Assembly: GCA_033720895.1 (NCBI GenBank) | Contig: JAWWBS010000002.1 | Location: 10,591 to 74,590, forward strand | Length of the DNA stretch: 64,000 nt | Source of the DNA: Gammaproteobacteria bacterium | GTDB lineage: Bacteria; Pseudomonadota; Gammaproteobacteria; Natronospirales; JAJUFS01 | Direction: 5' to 3' | In this document: piece by piece, positions 27,775-39,032 of the stretch | Position numbering within the stretch: position 1 is the stretch's first letter | Layout: each line of letters starts with the position of its first letter | Position numbers and translations under genes: made by a program | The notes under the pieces: model-generated | What the model saw: the letters and a program-made list of their open reading frames with translations, nothing else | The model's database searches: none | Told to the model about the DNA's origin: nothing

Positions 27775-30072
27775 TCAGTGCTTCAGGCTCGTGATGCTGC
27801 GCCGGGCATGCACGGACCTGTTCAGCATGAACTGATCGATCTCCTCCAGCGGCACGGCTCGTCCGAACAGGAAGCCCTGCAGCTCGTCACAGCCAATATC
27901 CTCCAGCTGGCGCTGGTGGCGCTCGATTTCGACACCTTCCGCAACAATGACCATGTCCATGCTCCTGGCCATGGCGACAATGGCATGAATGACCGAGCGG
28001 GCCTGTGGCTGGTCCATCTCATGCACGAAAAATCGGTCCACCTTGATGCAACCGACGGGGAATCGACACAGGTAGCTGAGCGAAGAGTAGCCGGTCCCGA
28101 AATCATCAAGAGCGATCTCGACACCCAGCTTGCGAAGTTCCGCGAGATTCTTGATGACCATTGGCTGGCTGTCGAGCAACAGGGTCTCGGTAATCTCGAT
28201 ACGCAAGAGGCGCGCATCCAGTCCGCTTGCATCGAGAATATCCCTGAGTTCCCAGATGAAACCCGGCGCCCGGACTTGGTCTGCGCTGACATTGATGGAA
28301 ATGTGAAATGAACGGCCATAGCGCGCATTCAATGACACGATGTCTCGACAGGCGCGCTCCAGGACCCACAGGCCGATGGCTTCCATCTGTCCTGTCTCCT
28401 CGGCATGACTGACGAAGCTGTCGGGCGACAGCAAACCGGATGTCGGGTGCTGCCAACGCAGCAATGCCTCGAAACCGCGCACCTCGCCGGAACCTGCGAT
28501 GACGATCGGCTGGTAGTGGAGTCGAAATTCGTCACGCTCGACGGCATGCCGCAGATCGCTTTCCAGTGCCAGCCGCTCGCGAGTGCCGACCAGCATCCCG
28601 GGATCGTACTGTACGGCCCGGCATCGCCCGGCACCCTTGGCCCGGTACATGGCAATGTCCGCCTGCTCGAGGATATGCAGGGCATCCACATCCTCGCCGG
28701 CAACCTTGCGAATGCCGATACTCGCGGAAATCTTGATCGCCAGATCGTCAACCAGGAATTCCTTGTCCAGCAATGCCAGGACCTGCTCGGCAATGCCCTG
28801 GCTATCCACGCTCCCCAGTCCGAGCTTGACCGCCAGGGCAAACTCGTCACCACCGAGGCGTGCGAGCGGCTCATTCGAGTCAACGACCGTCGCCAGGCGC
28901 TGCGCGGTTTCCCGGATGAGTCGATCCCCTATCGAATGGCCGAATGAATCATTGATCTTCTTGAAATAGTCCAGGTCGATGAAAAACACGGCGAAACTGG
29001 CAGTCCGGTCTGCTGCCATCATTGTCCCGAGTCGCTCCAGGAAGCAGGCGCGATTCAGCAGGCCCGTCAGGGGATCGAAGCTGGCGAGAAATCGCAGCCG
29101 CTCTTCCGAAGCACGCTGCTCCGTGATATCGGAAAACATCATCACGATGTCCGGCGACCGATCGAACATGGATGGGCTCAATACCACGTGCATGTGCGCG
29201 AGGAACTGCTCGCCACCCTTTCGACACCGCCAGGCCTCGCCCTCCCAGGCCCCTTCGCTGCGTACCCGCTTGCCGATTTTCCTGCAGAACTGGCTGTTGT
29301 CCGGATCCAGGCACAAGACATTCATCGGCTTGTTGACGACGTCCCTCGCATGGAAGCCGGTAATCCGGGTGAAGTTGCGATTGATCTGCTTGACGCACAT
29401 GCGACTGTCGAGGATGGCAACGGCATCATGCGTTCCTTCCATGACCTGGGCCGCACGCGTATAACGCTCCAGCCGCAACATCTCCTCGGTGACATCCTTG
29501 CAGGTACCAACGAAGCGATACCTGCGATCACCCTGCAGCCGTTCGCGATCCCGGAGCAGAACAGTCCTGGCGCGCCAGCGGATCCAGCGCAGGCGTGATT
29601 CGACAAGCGGTCCGCAGGCAACCCGCAGGGTCAGGTCGATCGAACGCACGGACTTGAAATCGTAACCGCTCAACAGCGCCTTGACCGATTGCCTGTCTGC
29701 CGGACGAATAAAACGCAGTGACTCGACAAGTGGCTGCGAGACAGGATCCGGGCCAAAGCCGAGATGTTGCAGCAGCCCGGCCGGCAAGTGGACCTGCCAG
29801 CCGGCATCCAGCTCCCACAGCCACTCGCCCGACCCCCACAGGGCGAGCCGCAGCTTGGCTTCGCTCTCCTCAAGCTCGGCCTGGCGCGCCTGCCGGCGGT
29901 GCTGCCGTTGTCGCGCCACGCTCGACGCAACCAGGGCAAGGATCAGCAGGCCGACGACCAGGCCTGCGTGCAGGATGTCCTCGGGACGGACCGGTGTGGC
30001 GGACAGGGCAGAGGGAATGAAAAGGGGGCGAGCAATATTCATGCGGGGCCGTGCTCTGGAAATCGACTGCAT
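27775..30072 (-). CDS. Membrane-anchored PAS/GGDEF/EAL c-di-GMP signalling protein
   Basis: It has an N-terminal TM segment (LHAGLVVGLLILALVASSVA), PAS-like regions, a GGDEF domain (RLGGDEFALAV) and an EAL domain (GFEALLRW...DDFGTGYSSLSYL). ATG 30042 is an alternative start. Confidence 0.88.
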   Translation of the reverse strand: MQSISRARPRMNIARPLFIPSALSATPVRPEDILHAGLVVGLLILALVASSVARQRQHRRQARQAELEESEAKLRLALWGSGEWLWELDAGWQVHLPAGLLQHLGFGPDPVSQPLVESLRFIRPADRQSVKALLSGYDFKSVRSIDLTLRVACGPLVESRLRWIRWRARTVLLRDRERLQGDRRYRFVGTCKDVTEEMLRLERYTRAAQVMEGTHDAVAILDSRMCVKQINRNFTRITGFHARDVVNKPMNVLCLDPDNSQFCRKIGKRVRSEGAWEGEAWRCRKGGEQFLAHMHVVLSPSMFDRSPDIVMMFSDITEQRASEERLRFLASFDPLTGLLNRACFLERLGTMMAADRTASFAVFFIDLDYFKKINDSFGHSIGDRLIRETAQRLATVVDSNEPLARLGGDEFALAVKLGLGSVDSQGIAEQVLALLDKEFLVDDLAIKISASIGIRKVAGEDVDALHILEQADIAMYRAKGAGRCRAVQYDPGMLVGTRERLALESDLRHAVERDEFRLHYQPIVIAGSGEVRGFEALLRWQHPTSGLLSPDSFVSHAEETGQMEAIGLWVLERACRDIVSLNARYGRSFHISINVSADQVRAPGFIWELRDILDASGLDARLLRIEITETLLLDSQPMVIKNLAELRKLGVEIALDDFGTGYSSLSYLCRFPVGCIKVDRFFVHEMDQPQARSVIHAIVAMARSMDMVIVAEGVEIERHQRQLEDIGCDELQGFLFGRAVPLEEIDQFMLNRSVHARRSITSLKH

Positions 30073-30184
30073 CCAGCCTAGGCGCTGCCTCCGAGATGAA
30101 ACCTAGGAAAACTACTGAATGAATTCGCTGCGTACCTGAGTTCCACACCCCAAAAGCGGATACCGTGTCACGCCCGTGAAGGCG

Positions 30185-30586
30185 TCAATCGCCCTGCCCT
30201 GTTTTCCACCGCATGAGCCGCTTGCGATCATGCTTGTCCGGCTTGCCCGCCGTCCGGGGCATGGACTGATTCAACAGCTTGCGTTGCTCTGCCAGCATTT
30301 CCCGCTTGTCGCGACTCGAAGGGTCCTCGCGATAGAGCGCCCGCGCCACACTGGCGGGCCCACGCTGTTCCGACAGGTCAAGCACTTCAACCACGAAATG
30401 CTCCTGGCCACGTGTGATATCCAGCCATTCACCAACCATGATGTTGCGCGCCGGCTTGGCACGTTCGCCCGCGACATGCACCTTGCCGCCACGAATGGCC
30501 TCCTGGGCCAGCTTGCGAGTCTTGAAAAAGCGCGCCGCCCAGAGCCATTTGTCCAGGCGAACCTTGGGTGAAATCCCTGCAGTCAT
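30185..30586 (-). CDS. hslR: Ribosome-associated heat shock protein Hsp15 (S4 RNA-binding domain)
   Basis: VRLDKWLWAARFFKTRKLAQEAIRGGKVHVAG... aligns with E. coli HslR. I use ATG 30586 (MTAGISPK). Confidence 0.88.
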   Translation of the reverse strand: MTAGISPKVRLDKWLWAARFFKTRKLAQEAIRGGKVHVAGERAKPARNIMVGEWLDITRGQEHFVVEVLDLSEQRGPASVARALYREDPSSRDKREMLAEQRKLLNQSMPRTAGKPDKHDRKRLMRWKTGQGD

Positions 30587-30629
30587 GGGAGGAAATATAT
30601 CAAACAAAGGGCGCGGAACGCGGCGCGCA

Positions 30630-31199
30630 TCAGGGAGAAATCGAGGCCGTGTCCTCTGTGCGGCCGGCAATCAGCTTGCTGCGCAGTCCGGGCGCGTTGG
30701 TGTCCGGATCCAGCCAGATACCGAAAAATGCCCTGCCAAAGGCCGGATCATCGACCGCACCGATGAAATCGCCATTCCAGTAGAAGTGGCTTTGCTCGCC
30801 AGGCAGGTGCACGCCCGTGAGCTGGTCACCCTCGGTCACATCCGGAAACAGCGCGAGCATGCTGGCGTGCCAGCTCGCTTGCTGCTCGGCCGAACCGGCG
30901 CCGATGTCCTTGATCTCGTCCAGCGATCGATCCGCAATGGCCTTGCCCTCGAAATCGCGCTCGTATTTCAGCACCAGGACATGAACGGCATCCGGAGCAT
31001 ACTCGCCCTCTTGCGCCCACAGCGCCGCAATGTAGACGTCCCAGAACAGCACGTTGTAGTCATCCGAACCACTCAAGGCCAGCTCGGGAAACTGCTTGAA
31101 AACTTCTTCCGGGGGCGCTGGCGCCGCGCCGTCCGCGAGCACGGGCATGGCCAGCAAAGCCAATAGAATGCCTGAGACCAGGGGGCTTGCGCGTCGCAT
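30630..31199 (-). CDS. Chalcone isomerase-like family periplasmic protein (hypothetical)
   Basis: It has a signal peptide ([22 protein letters not shown]). The body ([23 protein letters not shown]...[22 protein letters not shown]) resembles the bacterial chalcone-isomerase-like domain family. The long N-terminal extension of ORF 30630..31502 is rejected. Confidence 0.55.
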   Translation of the reverse strand: MRRASPLVSGILLALLAMPVLADGAAPAPPEEVFKQFPELALSGSDDYNVLFWDVYIAALWAQEGEYAPDAVHVLVLKYERDFEGKAIADRSLDEIKDIGAGSAEQQASWHASMLALFPDVTEGDQLTGVHLPGEQSHFYWNGDFIGAVDDPAFGRAFFGIWLDPDTNAPGLRSKLIAGRTEDTASISP

Positions 31200-31350
31200 G
31201 AGTGCACTCCTCTCCATATGGGCCTTTATTATACATGACTTGTACATCAGACCCGCAAGCAGGGGCGACAGCGCCTCGGATAGCGGCCCCCGCCCTGCTA
31301 TAATCCGCCCTCGACCCGCCTCTAAACCCGCTTGGCACAAGGAGATTCCA

Positions 31351-32550
31351 GTGACAAATGCCTTTATTTCGCAGCTTCGGGACGAAATCCAGGAACTGAA
31401 AGACAGCGGCCTGTACAAGCAGGAGCGCGTCATCACCTCGCAGCAGCAGGCGGATATCGACGTGGCTGACGGCAGCCATGTCATCAATTTCTGTGCCAAC
31501 AACTACCTCGGCCTGGCCAATCACCCCGACCTGATCAAGGCGGGCCGGGATGGCCTGGACAAGTGGGGCTATGGCATGGCCTCGGTGCGCTTCATCTGCG
31601 GCACCCAGGAAGTGCACAAGCAGCTGGAAAAGAAGATTTCCGATTTCCTCGGCATGGAAGACACGATCCTCTACGCCGCCTGCTTCGATGCCAACGGTGG
31701 TCTCTTCGAGCCGCTGCTCGGCCCCGAGGACGCCATCATTTCCGACGAACTGAATCACGCCTCGATCATCGATGGCGTGCGCCTCTGCAAGGCCATGCGC
31801 TTTCGTTACAAGAACAACGACATGGCCGATCTCGAGGCCAAGCTGAAGGAAGCACGTGAAAAAGGTGCGCGCCACATCATGATCGTCACCGACGCGGTGT
31901 TCTCGATGGATGGTTACATTGCCGACCTGAAATCCATCTGCGACCTGGCGGACAAGTACGATGCCATGACGATGATGGACGACTGCCACGGCGTCGGCTT
32001 CATGGGTGACAACGGCAAAGGCACGCACGAGCATTGCGATGTCATGGGTCGCATCGACATCATTACCGGCACCCTGGGCAAGGCACTGGGCGGTGCATCC
32101 GGCGGTTACACCTCCGGCAAGAAGGAAGTCATCGACTGGCTGCGAAACCGTTCGCGCCCCTACCTCTTTTCCAACACCCTGGCGCCGGTCATTGCCGAGG
32201 CCTCGCTGAAGGTTCTCGACATGCTGGGCGGCGCCGAAGGCAAGGCGATGCGCCAGAAGCTCGATGGCAATGCGAAACGTTTCCGCTCGGGCATGGAAGC
32301 ACTCGGCTTCGACCTGCTGCCGGGCGAACACCCGATCATCCCGGTCATGCTGGGCGACGCCAAGCTCGCCTCGCAGATGGCTGACGAACTCCTGAAGGAA
32401 GGCATTTACGTCATCGGCTTCTCCTTCCCGGTCGTGCCGAAGGGCAAGGCGCGCATCCGCACGCAGATGTCGGCGGCACACGATCCCGAACACATCGACA
32501 AGGCGATCGAAGCCTTCGGCAAGGTCGGCAAGAAGCTCGGCATCATTTAA
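31351..32550 (+). CDS. kbl: Glycine C-acetyltransferase (2-amino-3-ketobutyrate CoA ligase)
   Basis: It is near-collinear with E. coli Kbl ([60 protein letters not shown]). The start is GTG at 31351, preceded by AAGGAG. Confidence 0.95.
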   Translation: MTNAFISQLRDEIQELKDSGLYKQERVITSQQQADIDVADGSHVINFCANNYLGLANHPDLIKAGRDGLDKWGYGMASVRFICGTQEVHKQLEKKISDFLGMEDTILYAACFDANGGLFEPLLGPEDAIISDELNHASIIDGVRLCKAMRFRYKNNDMADLEAKLKEAREKGARHIMIVTDAVFSMDGYIADLKSICDLADKYDAMTMMDDCHGVGFMGDNGKGTHEHCDVMGRIDIITGTLGKALGGASGGYTSGKKEVIDWLRNRSRPYLFSNTLAPVIAEASLKVLDMLGGAEGKAMRQKLDGNAKRFRSGMEALGFDLLPGEHPIIPVMLGDAKLASQMADELLKEGIYVIGFSFPVVPKGKARIRTQMSAAHDPEHIDKAIEAFGKVGKKLGII

Positions 32551-32574
32551 TCGACTACCTGGAGACTCAGTTCA

Positions 32575-33600
32575 ATGAAGGCTCTCGTCAAAGCAAAGGC
32601 AGAAGAAGGCATCTGGATGGAAGACGTGCCGATGCCGGAGTTCGGTCACAACGACCTGCTGATTCGTGTCAAGAAGACCGCGATCTGCGGCACCGACATC
32701 CACATCTACAACTGGGACGAGTGGGCGCAGAACACGATTCCGGTGCCGATGGTGGTCGGCCACGAGTTCGCTGGTGAAGTCGTGGACATGGGTTCCGAAG
32801 TGAAAGGCTTCGACATCGGTGACCGCGTATCCGGTGAAGGCCACATCACCTGCGGCCATTGCCGCAACTGCCGCGCCGGCCAGCGCCATCTCTGCGAGAA
32901 CACCGTCGGCGTCGGCGTGAACCGCCCGGGCTGCTTCGCGGAGTACCTGGTCATCCCGGCCTTCAATGCGTTCAAGCTGCCCGACTCGATCAGCGACGAC
33001 ATTGCCGCGTTTCTCGACCCCTTCGGTAACGCCACGCACACCGCACTGTCTTTCGACCTGGTCGGCGAAGACGTCCTCATCACTGGCGCCGGACCGATCG
33101 GCATCATGGCCGTTGCGATCGCGAAACACGCGGGGGCGCGCCATGTCGTTATTACCGACGTGAATGACTATCGCCTGAAGCTCGCCAGCAAGATGGGCGC
33201 CACCCGGGCGGTGGATGTTTCGAAGGAAAAGATTCGCGACGTCATGAAGGAGCTCCACATGACGGAAGGCTTCGATGTCGGCCTGGAGATGTCCGGCGTG
33301 CCTTCGGCATTCAAGGACATGCTTGCCACCATGCGTCATGGCGGCAAGGTCGCCCTGCTCGGCATACCGCCGAAGGACACGGTCATCGACTGGAACGATG
33401 TCATCTTCAAGGGACTGGAGCTGAAAGGCATCTACGGCCGAGAGATGTTCGAAACCTGGTACAAGATGGCGGCCATGCTGGAATCCGGCCTGGACATCAG
33501 CCCGGTACTGACCAACGTGCTGAAGGTCGATGACTTCCAGCAAGGTTTCGACACCATGCGCTCCGGAAAATCCGGCAAAGTCGTGCTGGACTGGACCTGA
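32575..33600 (+). CDS. tdh: L-threonine 3-dehydrogenase
   Basis: [52 protein letters not shown]...[11 protein letters not shown] is a zinc-dependent MDR dehydrogenase matching Tdh. It follows kbl as in the classical kbl-tdh operon. Confidence 0.95.
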   Translation: MKALVKAKAEEGIWMEDVPMPEFGHNDLLIRVKKTAICGTDIHIYNWDEWAQNTIPVPMVVGHEFAGEVVDMGSEVKGFDIGDRVSGEGHITCGHCRNCRAGQRHLCENTVGVGVNRPGCFAEYLVIPAFNAFKLPDSISDDIAAFLDPFGNATHTALSFDLVGEDVLITGAGPIGIMAVAIAKHAGARHVVITDVNDYRLKLASKMGATRAVDVSKEKIRDVMKELHMTEGFDVGLEMSGVPSAFKDMLATMRHGGKVALLGIPPKDTVIDWNDVIFKGLELKGIYGREMFETWYKMAAMLESGLDISPVLTNVLKVDDFQQGFDTMRSGKSGKVVLDWT

Positions 33601-33626
33601 ATCCGGCAAGCCCCAGGAGAGACATC

Positions 33627-34916
33627 ATGAGAGCAGTGCTGCGAATTTCCATCCTGACCGGCCTGGTCACCATCTTGGCGAGCTGCGTGGTCAACCCGGT
33701 CACCGGCGAGCGCGATCTCGGCCTGGTTTCCGCTGCACAGGAAGTGCAGATCGGCCAGGAAAACTACATCCCGACCCAGCAGATGCAAGGGGGGCAGTAC
33801 GTCGTCGATCCGGCCCTGGCCGACTACGTGTCCCGTGTAGGCCAGCGGGTTGCCGCAAAGTCACCGCGCAACCTCCCATACGAATTTGTCGTGTTGAACA
33901 ATGACGTGCCGAACGCCTGGGCGCTGCCTGGCGGCAAGATCGCGGTGAACCGCGGCCTGCTGGTCGAACTCGACAACGAAGCGGAGCTGGCCGCCGTGCT
34001 GGGACACGAGGTCGTGCATGCGGCTGCACGCCATTCGGCGCAGCAGATGGAACGCGGCATGCTGCTGCAACTCGGTGTGGTCGCCGTCGGTGTCGCATCC
34101 AATGATTCGGACTACGCAGCACTCGCCGTCGGCGCCGGCCTGCTTGGCGCCCAGCTGATTTCAACGCGTTATGGCCGCGAAGCGGAACTGGAATCCGACA
34201 AGTACGGCATGCAGTACCTGTGGGAAGCCGGCTACGACGCGGATGCCGCCGTATCCTTGCAGGAAACCTTCGTCAGGCTGTCGGAGGGCCGCAACAGCGA
34301 CTGGTTGAGCGGGCTGTTTGCCTCGCATCCGCCGTCCAGCGAGCGCGTGGAAAAGAATCGCATGACGGCGGCACAGCTTCCCGATGGCGGTCGCCTGAAC
34401 CGCGCCGAATACCAGCGCGCCATTGCCTCCATCAAGCGCGACCAGCCAGCCTACGACGCTTTCAACCAGGCGCTAGCCGCGCTGAAGGATGACCGGCCGG
34501 GCGATGCCGAGACGCTGGCGCGCCAGGCAGTGCAGATCCAGCCGCGGGAAGCGAAGTTCCACAGCCTGATGGCAACGTTGAAGCTGAAGGAAAATGCCGG
34601 CCAGCAGGCAAGGGTGTACCTCGATCGTTCCATCGAGCTGAATCCCGCCCTGTTCGAAACCCGCCTGCAACGCGGCCTGCTGCTGCTGGACGGCAACGAG
34701 TTGAATGCCGCACGCATCGACCTCGAAGCCGCCAACACATTGCTGCCCACGGCATCCGCCTACGAAGGCCTGGGTGACATTGCGGTGAAGCAGAACCGTC
34801 GCGACGATGCCATCGAGGCCTACCGGGTGGCGGCGACATCCGATTCGGAAGTCGGCAAGCGGGCAGCGCGCAAGCTGGCCGAGCTTGAGGGCACGGCTGG
34901 CGCCGGCCAGCCGTAG
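33627..34916 (+). CDS. M48 family metalloprotease lipoprotein with C-terminal TPR region (BepA/LoiP-like)
   Basis: It has a lipobox (VTILASC), an HEVVHAAARH zinc motif, a downstream E...SD..G motif, and TPR-like helices at the C-terminus. Confidence 0.82.
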   Translation: MRAVLRISILTGLVTILASCVVNPVTGERDLGLVSAAQEVQIGQENYIPTQQMQGGQYVVDPALADYVSRVGQRVAAKSPRNLPYEFVVLNNDVPNAWALPGGKIAVNRGLLVELDNEAELAAVLGHEVVHAAARHSAQQMERGMLLQLGVVAVGVASNDSDYAALAVGAGLLGAQLISTRYGREAELESDKYGMQYLWEAGYDADAAVSLQETFVRLSEGRNSDWLSGLFASHPPSSERVEKNRMTAAQLPDGGRLNRAEYQRAIASIKRDQPAYDAFNQALAALKDDRPGDAETLARQAVQIQPREAKFHSLMATLKLKENAGQQARVYLDRSIELNPALFETRLQRGLLLLDGNELNAARIDLEAANTLLPTASAYEGLGDIAVKQNRRDDAIEAYRVAATSDSEVGKRAARKLAELEGTAGAGQP

Positions 34917-34919
34917 GAA

Positions 34920-35843
34920 TCAGTCAAGGCGCCGGCGCTGCCAGTCGCTGAACTGGTAGATACCGAGACCGAAGATGACCAGCGCCACGCCCGACCACAC
35001 GGTAGGCGGCAGGCGCTCGGCATTGAACCATTGCCCCACCAGCAAGCCGGTGATCGGCGTGACCAGCGTGATCAGGGACAGCTGGATGGCAGACACCCGT
35101 CGCAGCATCCAGAAATACAACAGGAAGCCCATCACCGATCCCATCGCGCCAAGATAGAGAATCGACCAGATGGCCCGCGTCGTCGGTTCGGCGGGAATCG
35201 GCATGCCAGCGACCAGCCAGGCAAGCACGCAGAAGACCGCGGCGACAATCACGCCGCCCGACGTCATCGCCAGCGACCCGACCTGCATGCTGAGCCGTTT
35301 CAGCGTCACCACCGTGCCGGACTGCAGGGTCATCGCGCCCAGCACGGCCGCAAATCCCAGCCATGCACGGTCAGCCACCGCATCGCCACTGCCAAAAATC
35401 AGGTACAGCCCGGCAACGCCGAGCAACACGCCGATCACGCCCAGCAAGGTCATGCGTTCGTTTTCCAGGATCAGCAAGGACCACAGTGCGGTCATGATCG
35501 GGGTCAGGCCGAACAGCACCGCAATGAGGCCGGAGGGTACGAACTGTGCACCCCAGTAGACCAGCATCATGCTGGCAAACATGTTGAGACCGAGAATGAG
35601 GGATGCCAGCAAGGCATCGCGACTGCGCAAGCCGCCGACACCCGTGAACAGCAGGACCACCCCGAAAATGATGGCGCCAATGACAAAACGCGACGCCAGC
35701 GAAAAGACCGGGCCGGCACCTACCGAACTCCACTGGATGGCCAGCGGCGTGGTACTCCAGATGAGCACGACGGTCAGCCAGGCGCCAGCCAGTGTCGGCC
35801 TGGACGCGGGCTCTGCCACTGTTGCTGTCACGGCAGGCTGCAA
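34920..35843 (-). CDS. DMT superfamily (EamA-like) transporter
   Basis: A 307-aa protein with about 10 predicted TM helices in the two-EamA-repeat pattern. Confidence 0.8.
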   Translation of the reverse strand: MQPAVTATVAEPASRPTLAGAWLTVVLIWSTTPLAIQWSSVGAGPVFSLASRFVIGAIIFGVVLLFTGVGGLRSRDALLASLILGLNMFASMMLVYWGAQFVPSGLIAVLFGLTPIMTALWSLLILENERMTLLGVIGVLLGVAGLYLIFGSGDAVADRAWLGFAAVLGAMTLQSGTVVTLKRLSMQVGSLAMTSGGVIVAAVFCVLAWLVAGMPIPAEPTTRAIWSILYLGAMGSVMGFLLYFWMLRRVSAIQLSLITLVTPITGLLVGQWFNAERLPPTVWSGVALVIFGLGIYQFSDWQRRRLD

Positions 35844-37690
35844 AAGCAGGTGGCGTACAGGCCGCGCGGATCGGACTGGAACCGTGCCATGCGCTCGAGG
35901 TCGGCACGCATCGCCCGCACGGCCGGCAGGCCCATCAGGGTACGCTGCACACTGTCACGCTGTTGCAGTGAAGGTGCGGTCGTGTTGAATGCGTTGATCA
36001 GGAACTGGTCGACCATCGACAATTCCGGCTCGACAAACTGAGTGGCATAATCCGACATGCCGGCCAGTTCCGCGGCAGCAGCGACGGCCTCGTCAAGCGT
36101 GCCGCTCGCATCGACCAATCCGAGCTCGATGGCCGTCTCACCCGACCAGACACGACCGCGTGCAATGCGATCGACTTCTTCGACAGCAATGCCGCGATTG
36201 TTCGACACCTCGGTAATGAACTGCTGGTACAGGTCGTCAACCGAAGCCTGCAAGGTCCGCTTCACGTTGTCGCTGAGATCGCGGTCGAGACGCAATGCCC
36301 CGGCGAAGGACGTGGTGCCGACGCCGTCGGTGTAAACACCATACTTGCCGAGCGTCTGCTCGAAGGTCGGCACCATGGCCACGACGCCGATAGAACCGGT
36401 GATTGTCGTCGGCTGGGCGAAAATGCGGTCTGCCGTCATGCTGATCCAGTAACCACCGGAGGCTGCCGCGGTACCCATGGACACCACCAGGGGCTTGCCC
36501 GCCGCCTGTGTCCGGATCAGTTCCGCCTGGATCAGGTCTGACGCAAAGGCGCTCCCGCCACCGGAGTTGACGCGCAGCACGACCGCTTTCACATCCGGGT
36601 TCTCACGGGCATTCCGGATGTCACGAATGAGCCGCTCTGCGGCAATGACGCCCGGCGGCTGGTCACCCATCACGATGTCGCCCTCGGCAACCACCACGGC
36701 CACCTTGGGCTTGCGCATCTCCTGGAATGCCTGGGCCGCGCGCTGCGCTTCGATGTATTCCCGGTAGCCCACCTGGGGGATATCGGCTTCCACGCCGCCA
36801 GGCAGGGACATCAGTTCGGCGACGCGCATCTTCATCTGGCCGCGTTCCAGCAAGCCATCGACCAGGCCATGGTCCCTCGCAAGCTCGGCAAAATCGCCCT
36901 GCTCGCCACTGGCCAGTGATTCGATGTAGGCATCCACTTCACCCGACGACAGCTCACGGGCTGCTTCAACGCTGCCGGTATAGTTCTCCCACAGGCTGGT
37001 CAACCAGACGAGATTCGCTTCGCGCGCTTCGGGTGACATGTCGTTGCGAACGTAAGGTTCGCCAAAGGACTTGAATTCGCCAGCATGGAAGACATTCCAT
37101 TCGACCTCGAACCGTGCAAGCAGGTCCTTGTAGTAATTGCGGTAGGCACCGTAGCCACGCAGGAACACCATCCCCATCGGGTGGAGGTAGACCTCGTCGG
37201 CTTCCGCAGCGACGCGGTAGGAAAGCTGGTCGTAGGAATCACCGATGGCCACCACGGGCTTGTCGCTGTTGCGGAATATCCGCACCGCAGCAGCGATCTC
37301 GTCATACATCGCCGGACCGCCACCCCCCATGGAATCGAAATCGAGCGCCAGCAAGTCGATGCGCGGATCATTTGCCGCCTGCTTGATCGCATCGGTCAGG
37401 TCCCGCATGCGCACCTGCGGGACGCCGTCGCCCAGTGCCTCTGACAGCGCGCGCTCGACGGGCTCGCCACTGAACTCCTCGACCAGCAAACCCTCCGGCG
37501 CGATCACCAGGGCCGACCCGTCTGCGACAACCATGGGCGGCTCCTCCGCCATCAGCCCGGCGACCGCCAAGAACAACAGCAGCAGGAACATCATGAAAAC
37601 CAGGAACAGCGTGTTCAGCACGATGCTTCGAATCGTATCGAGCACCTTCACGAACTGTCGGAATGGGGATTCAACAGTAGCCACGTTCAC
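35828..37690 (-). CDS. sppA: Signal peptide peptidase SppA, 67K type
   Basis: A 620-aa protein with an N-terminal TM segment and tandem ClpP/crotonase-like S49 domains (RVNSGGGSAFASDLI...; SMGTAAASGGYWISM). Confidence 0.9.
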   Translation of the reverse strand: MNVATVESPFRQFVKVLDTIRSIVLNTLFLVFMMFLLLLFLAVAGLMAEEPPMVVADGSALVIAPEGLLVEEFSGEPVERALSEALGDGVPQVRMRDLTDAIKQAANDPRIDLLALDFDSMGGGGPAMYDEIAAAVRIFRNSDKPVVAIGDSYDQLSYRVAAEADEVYLHPMGMVFLRGYGAYRNYYKDLLARFEVEWNVFHAGEFKSFGEPYVRNDMSPEAREANLVWLTSLWENYTGSVEAARELSSGEVDAYIESLASGEQGDFAELARDHGLVDGLLERGQMKMRVAELMSLPGGVEADIPQVGYREYIEAQRAAQAFQEMRKPKVAVVVAEGDIVMGDQPPGVIAAERLIRDIRNARENPDVKAVVLRVNSGGGSAFASDLIQAELIRTQAAGKPLVVSMGTAAASGGYWISMTADRIFAQPTTITGSIGVVAMVPTFEQTLGKYGVYTDGVGTTSFAGALRLDRDLSDNVKRTLQASVDDLYQQFITEVSNNRGIAVEEVDRIARGRVWSGETAIELGLVDASGTLDEAVAAAAELAGMSDYATQFVEPELSMVDQFLINAFNTTAPSLQQRDSVQRTLMGLPAVRAMRADLERMARFQSDPRGLYATCFCSLP

Positions 37691-37708
37691 CTTCCATTAT
37701 CGAAAACA

Positions 37709-38815
37709 TCAATCCGCCTTGCGGTAGGAAATGCGGTAGACCAGGTCCGCGGCATCATCCGAAACCAGCAAGGCACCGTCCGGCATCACCAGCACGTCGA
37801 CCGGCCGCCCGGAAGCGCTCTGCCCCTGCAACCAGCCTGCCGCAAAAACCGTTACCTTGGCCTTGCCCTTGTCGCGATCGAAATCCGGATCCGCCAGCAC
37901 GACCTGGTAACCGATCTTTTCCGAACGGTTCCAGGAACCATGCTCGGCAATGAATATCTTGCCGTGGTACTCCGTCGGAAACTGCCCGCCATCATAGAAC
38001 GCCATGCCCAGGGGTGCGACATGCGGACCGAGCAAGGCGGCCGGCGCACGATAATCTTCACAGTTCGCGTTTCGCCCGTACTCCGGATCGGGCAGGTCTC
38101 CCTGGTGGCAATACGGAAAACCGAAATGCTGGCCGACTTCACTGAGGTGATTCAGCTCGCAGGACGGCAGGTCATCGCCCATCCAGTCACGACCGTTGTC
38201 GGTAAACCAGAGGTCGCCGGTGGCGGGGTCGAAATCGAAGCCGACGGAATTGCGAACACCACGCGCCACGACTTCCACCTCGCTGCCATCCGGCCGCATG
38301 CGTTCGATGTGGCCGAAGCCAGGTTCCTCGCAGACATTGCAGGGCACGCCGATCGACAGGTACAACAGGCCATCCGGGCCGAAATCGATAAAGCGCCAGC
38401 CATGGTGATCGTCGTCAGGCAGGTCGTCACGAACGACCTTGTAACGTTGCGCGCCATCACGACGCATGGCCTCCTCCCTGCCAATGCGAAGAATGCGCTG
38501 GTTCTCGGCCACGAATAGCGCACCCTCGTGCCAGGCAACGCCATTTGGCATGTCCAGGCCTTCGAGAACGACCCAGCGTTCGTCAGCCCGGTCATCACCA
38601 TCCGTATCACGCAGGCCCCACACCTTGTCACCGGCACGATTGCCGACGAACACCGCACCGTCATCCGAGAGCGCAAGTGACCGGGCATTGGGAACCTCGG
38701 CGTATACCGATATCTCGAAGCCGTCCGGCAGGCGGATATCGTCGAGTGGCACTGCTCCGGCCGGCTGGCCGTACGCGGCCATGGCGACCACCATTGTCAG
38801 CAACGCTGCTTTCAT
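37709..38815 (-). CDS. PQQ-dependent sugar (glucose/sorbosone) dehydrogenase family protein
   Basis: It has a signal peptide from ATG 38815 (MKAALLTMVVAMAAYGQPAGA). Beta-propeller GSDH-type motifs are present (LPDGF, GLDMPNGVAW, HHGWRFIDFGPDGLLYLSIG, RNSVGFDFDP.TGDLWFTDNGRD). The start is uncertain (38887 is the alternative). Confidence 0.8.
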   Translation of the reverse strand: MKAALLTMVVAMAAYGQPAGAVPLDDIRLPDGFEISVYAEVPNARSLALSDDGAVFVGNRAGDKVWGLRDTDGDDRADERWVVLEGLDMPNGVAWHEGALFVAENQRILRIGREEAMRRDGAQRYKVVRDDLPDDDHHGWRFIDFGPDGLLYLSIGVPCNVCEEPGFGHIERMRPDGSEVEVVARGVRNSVGFDFDPATGDLWFTDNGRDWMGDDLPSCELNHLSEVGQHFGFPYCHQGDLPDPEYGRNANCEDYRAPAALLGPHVAPLGMAFYDGGQFPTEYHGKIFIAEHGSWNRSEKIGYQVVLADPDFDRDKGKAKVTVFAAGWLQGQSASGRPVDVLVMPDGALLVSDDAADLVYRISYRKAD

Positions 38816-38901
38816 GCGCGGAATTCCGGTAGCGGGAAGGACACGCCTGAAACGGTATCGAAGGCGTGCCGACAGCGCAAACTGCATTTAAGACGCAGTG
38901 C

Positions 38902-38936
38902 AAAAAAAACACCCCGAGCGTATCGAACTCGGGGTG
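38902..38936 (-). terminator. Rho-independent terminator after ahpD
   Basis: On the minus strand, CACCCCGAG-ttcgatacg-CTCGGGGTG is followed by TTTTTTTT. Confidence 0.9.
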
Positions 38937-39032
38937 AAATGCGTCGCTCTGGCAGGGAAACCAGGGGCATTGCGACGCAGCTGCAGCCCGGCCGGGGAAT
39001 GGGCAGGTGGCCGGGCTGCGCGGGGACGGTAC

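Noticed and set aside
30630-31502. Full 290-aa version of the chalcone-isomerase-like ORF
   Set aside because: The first ~100 codons run through the kbl promoter/SD region and overlap the kbl start. They have no signal-peptide logic. A clean signal peptide begins at ATG 31199.
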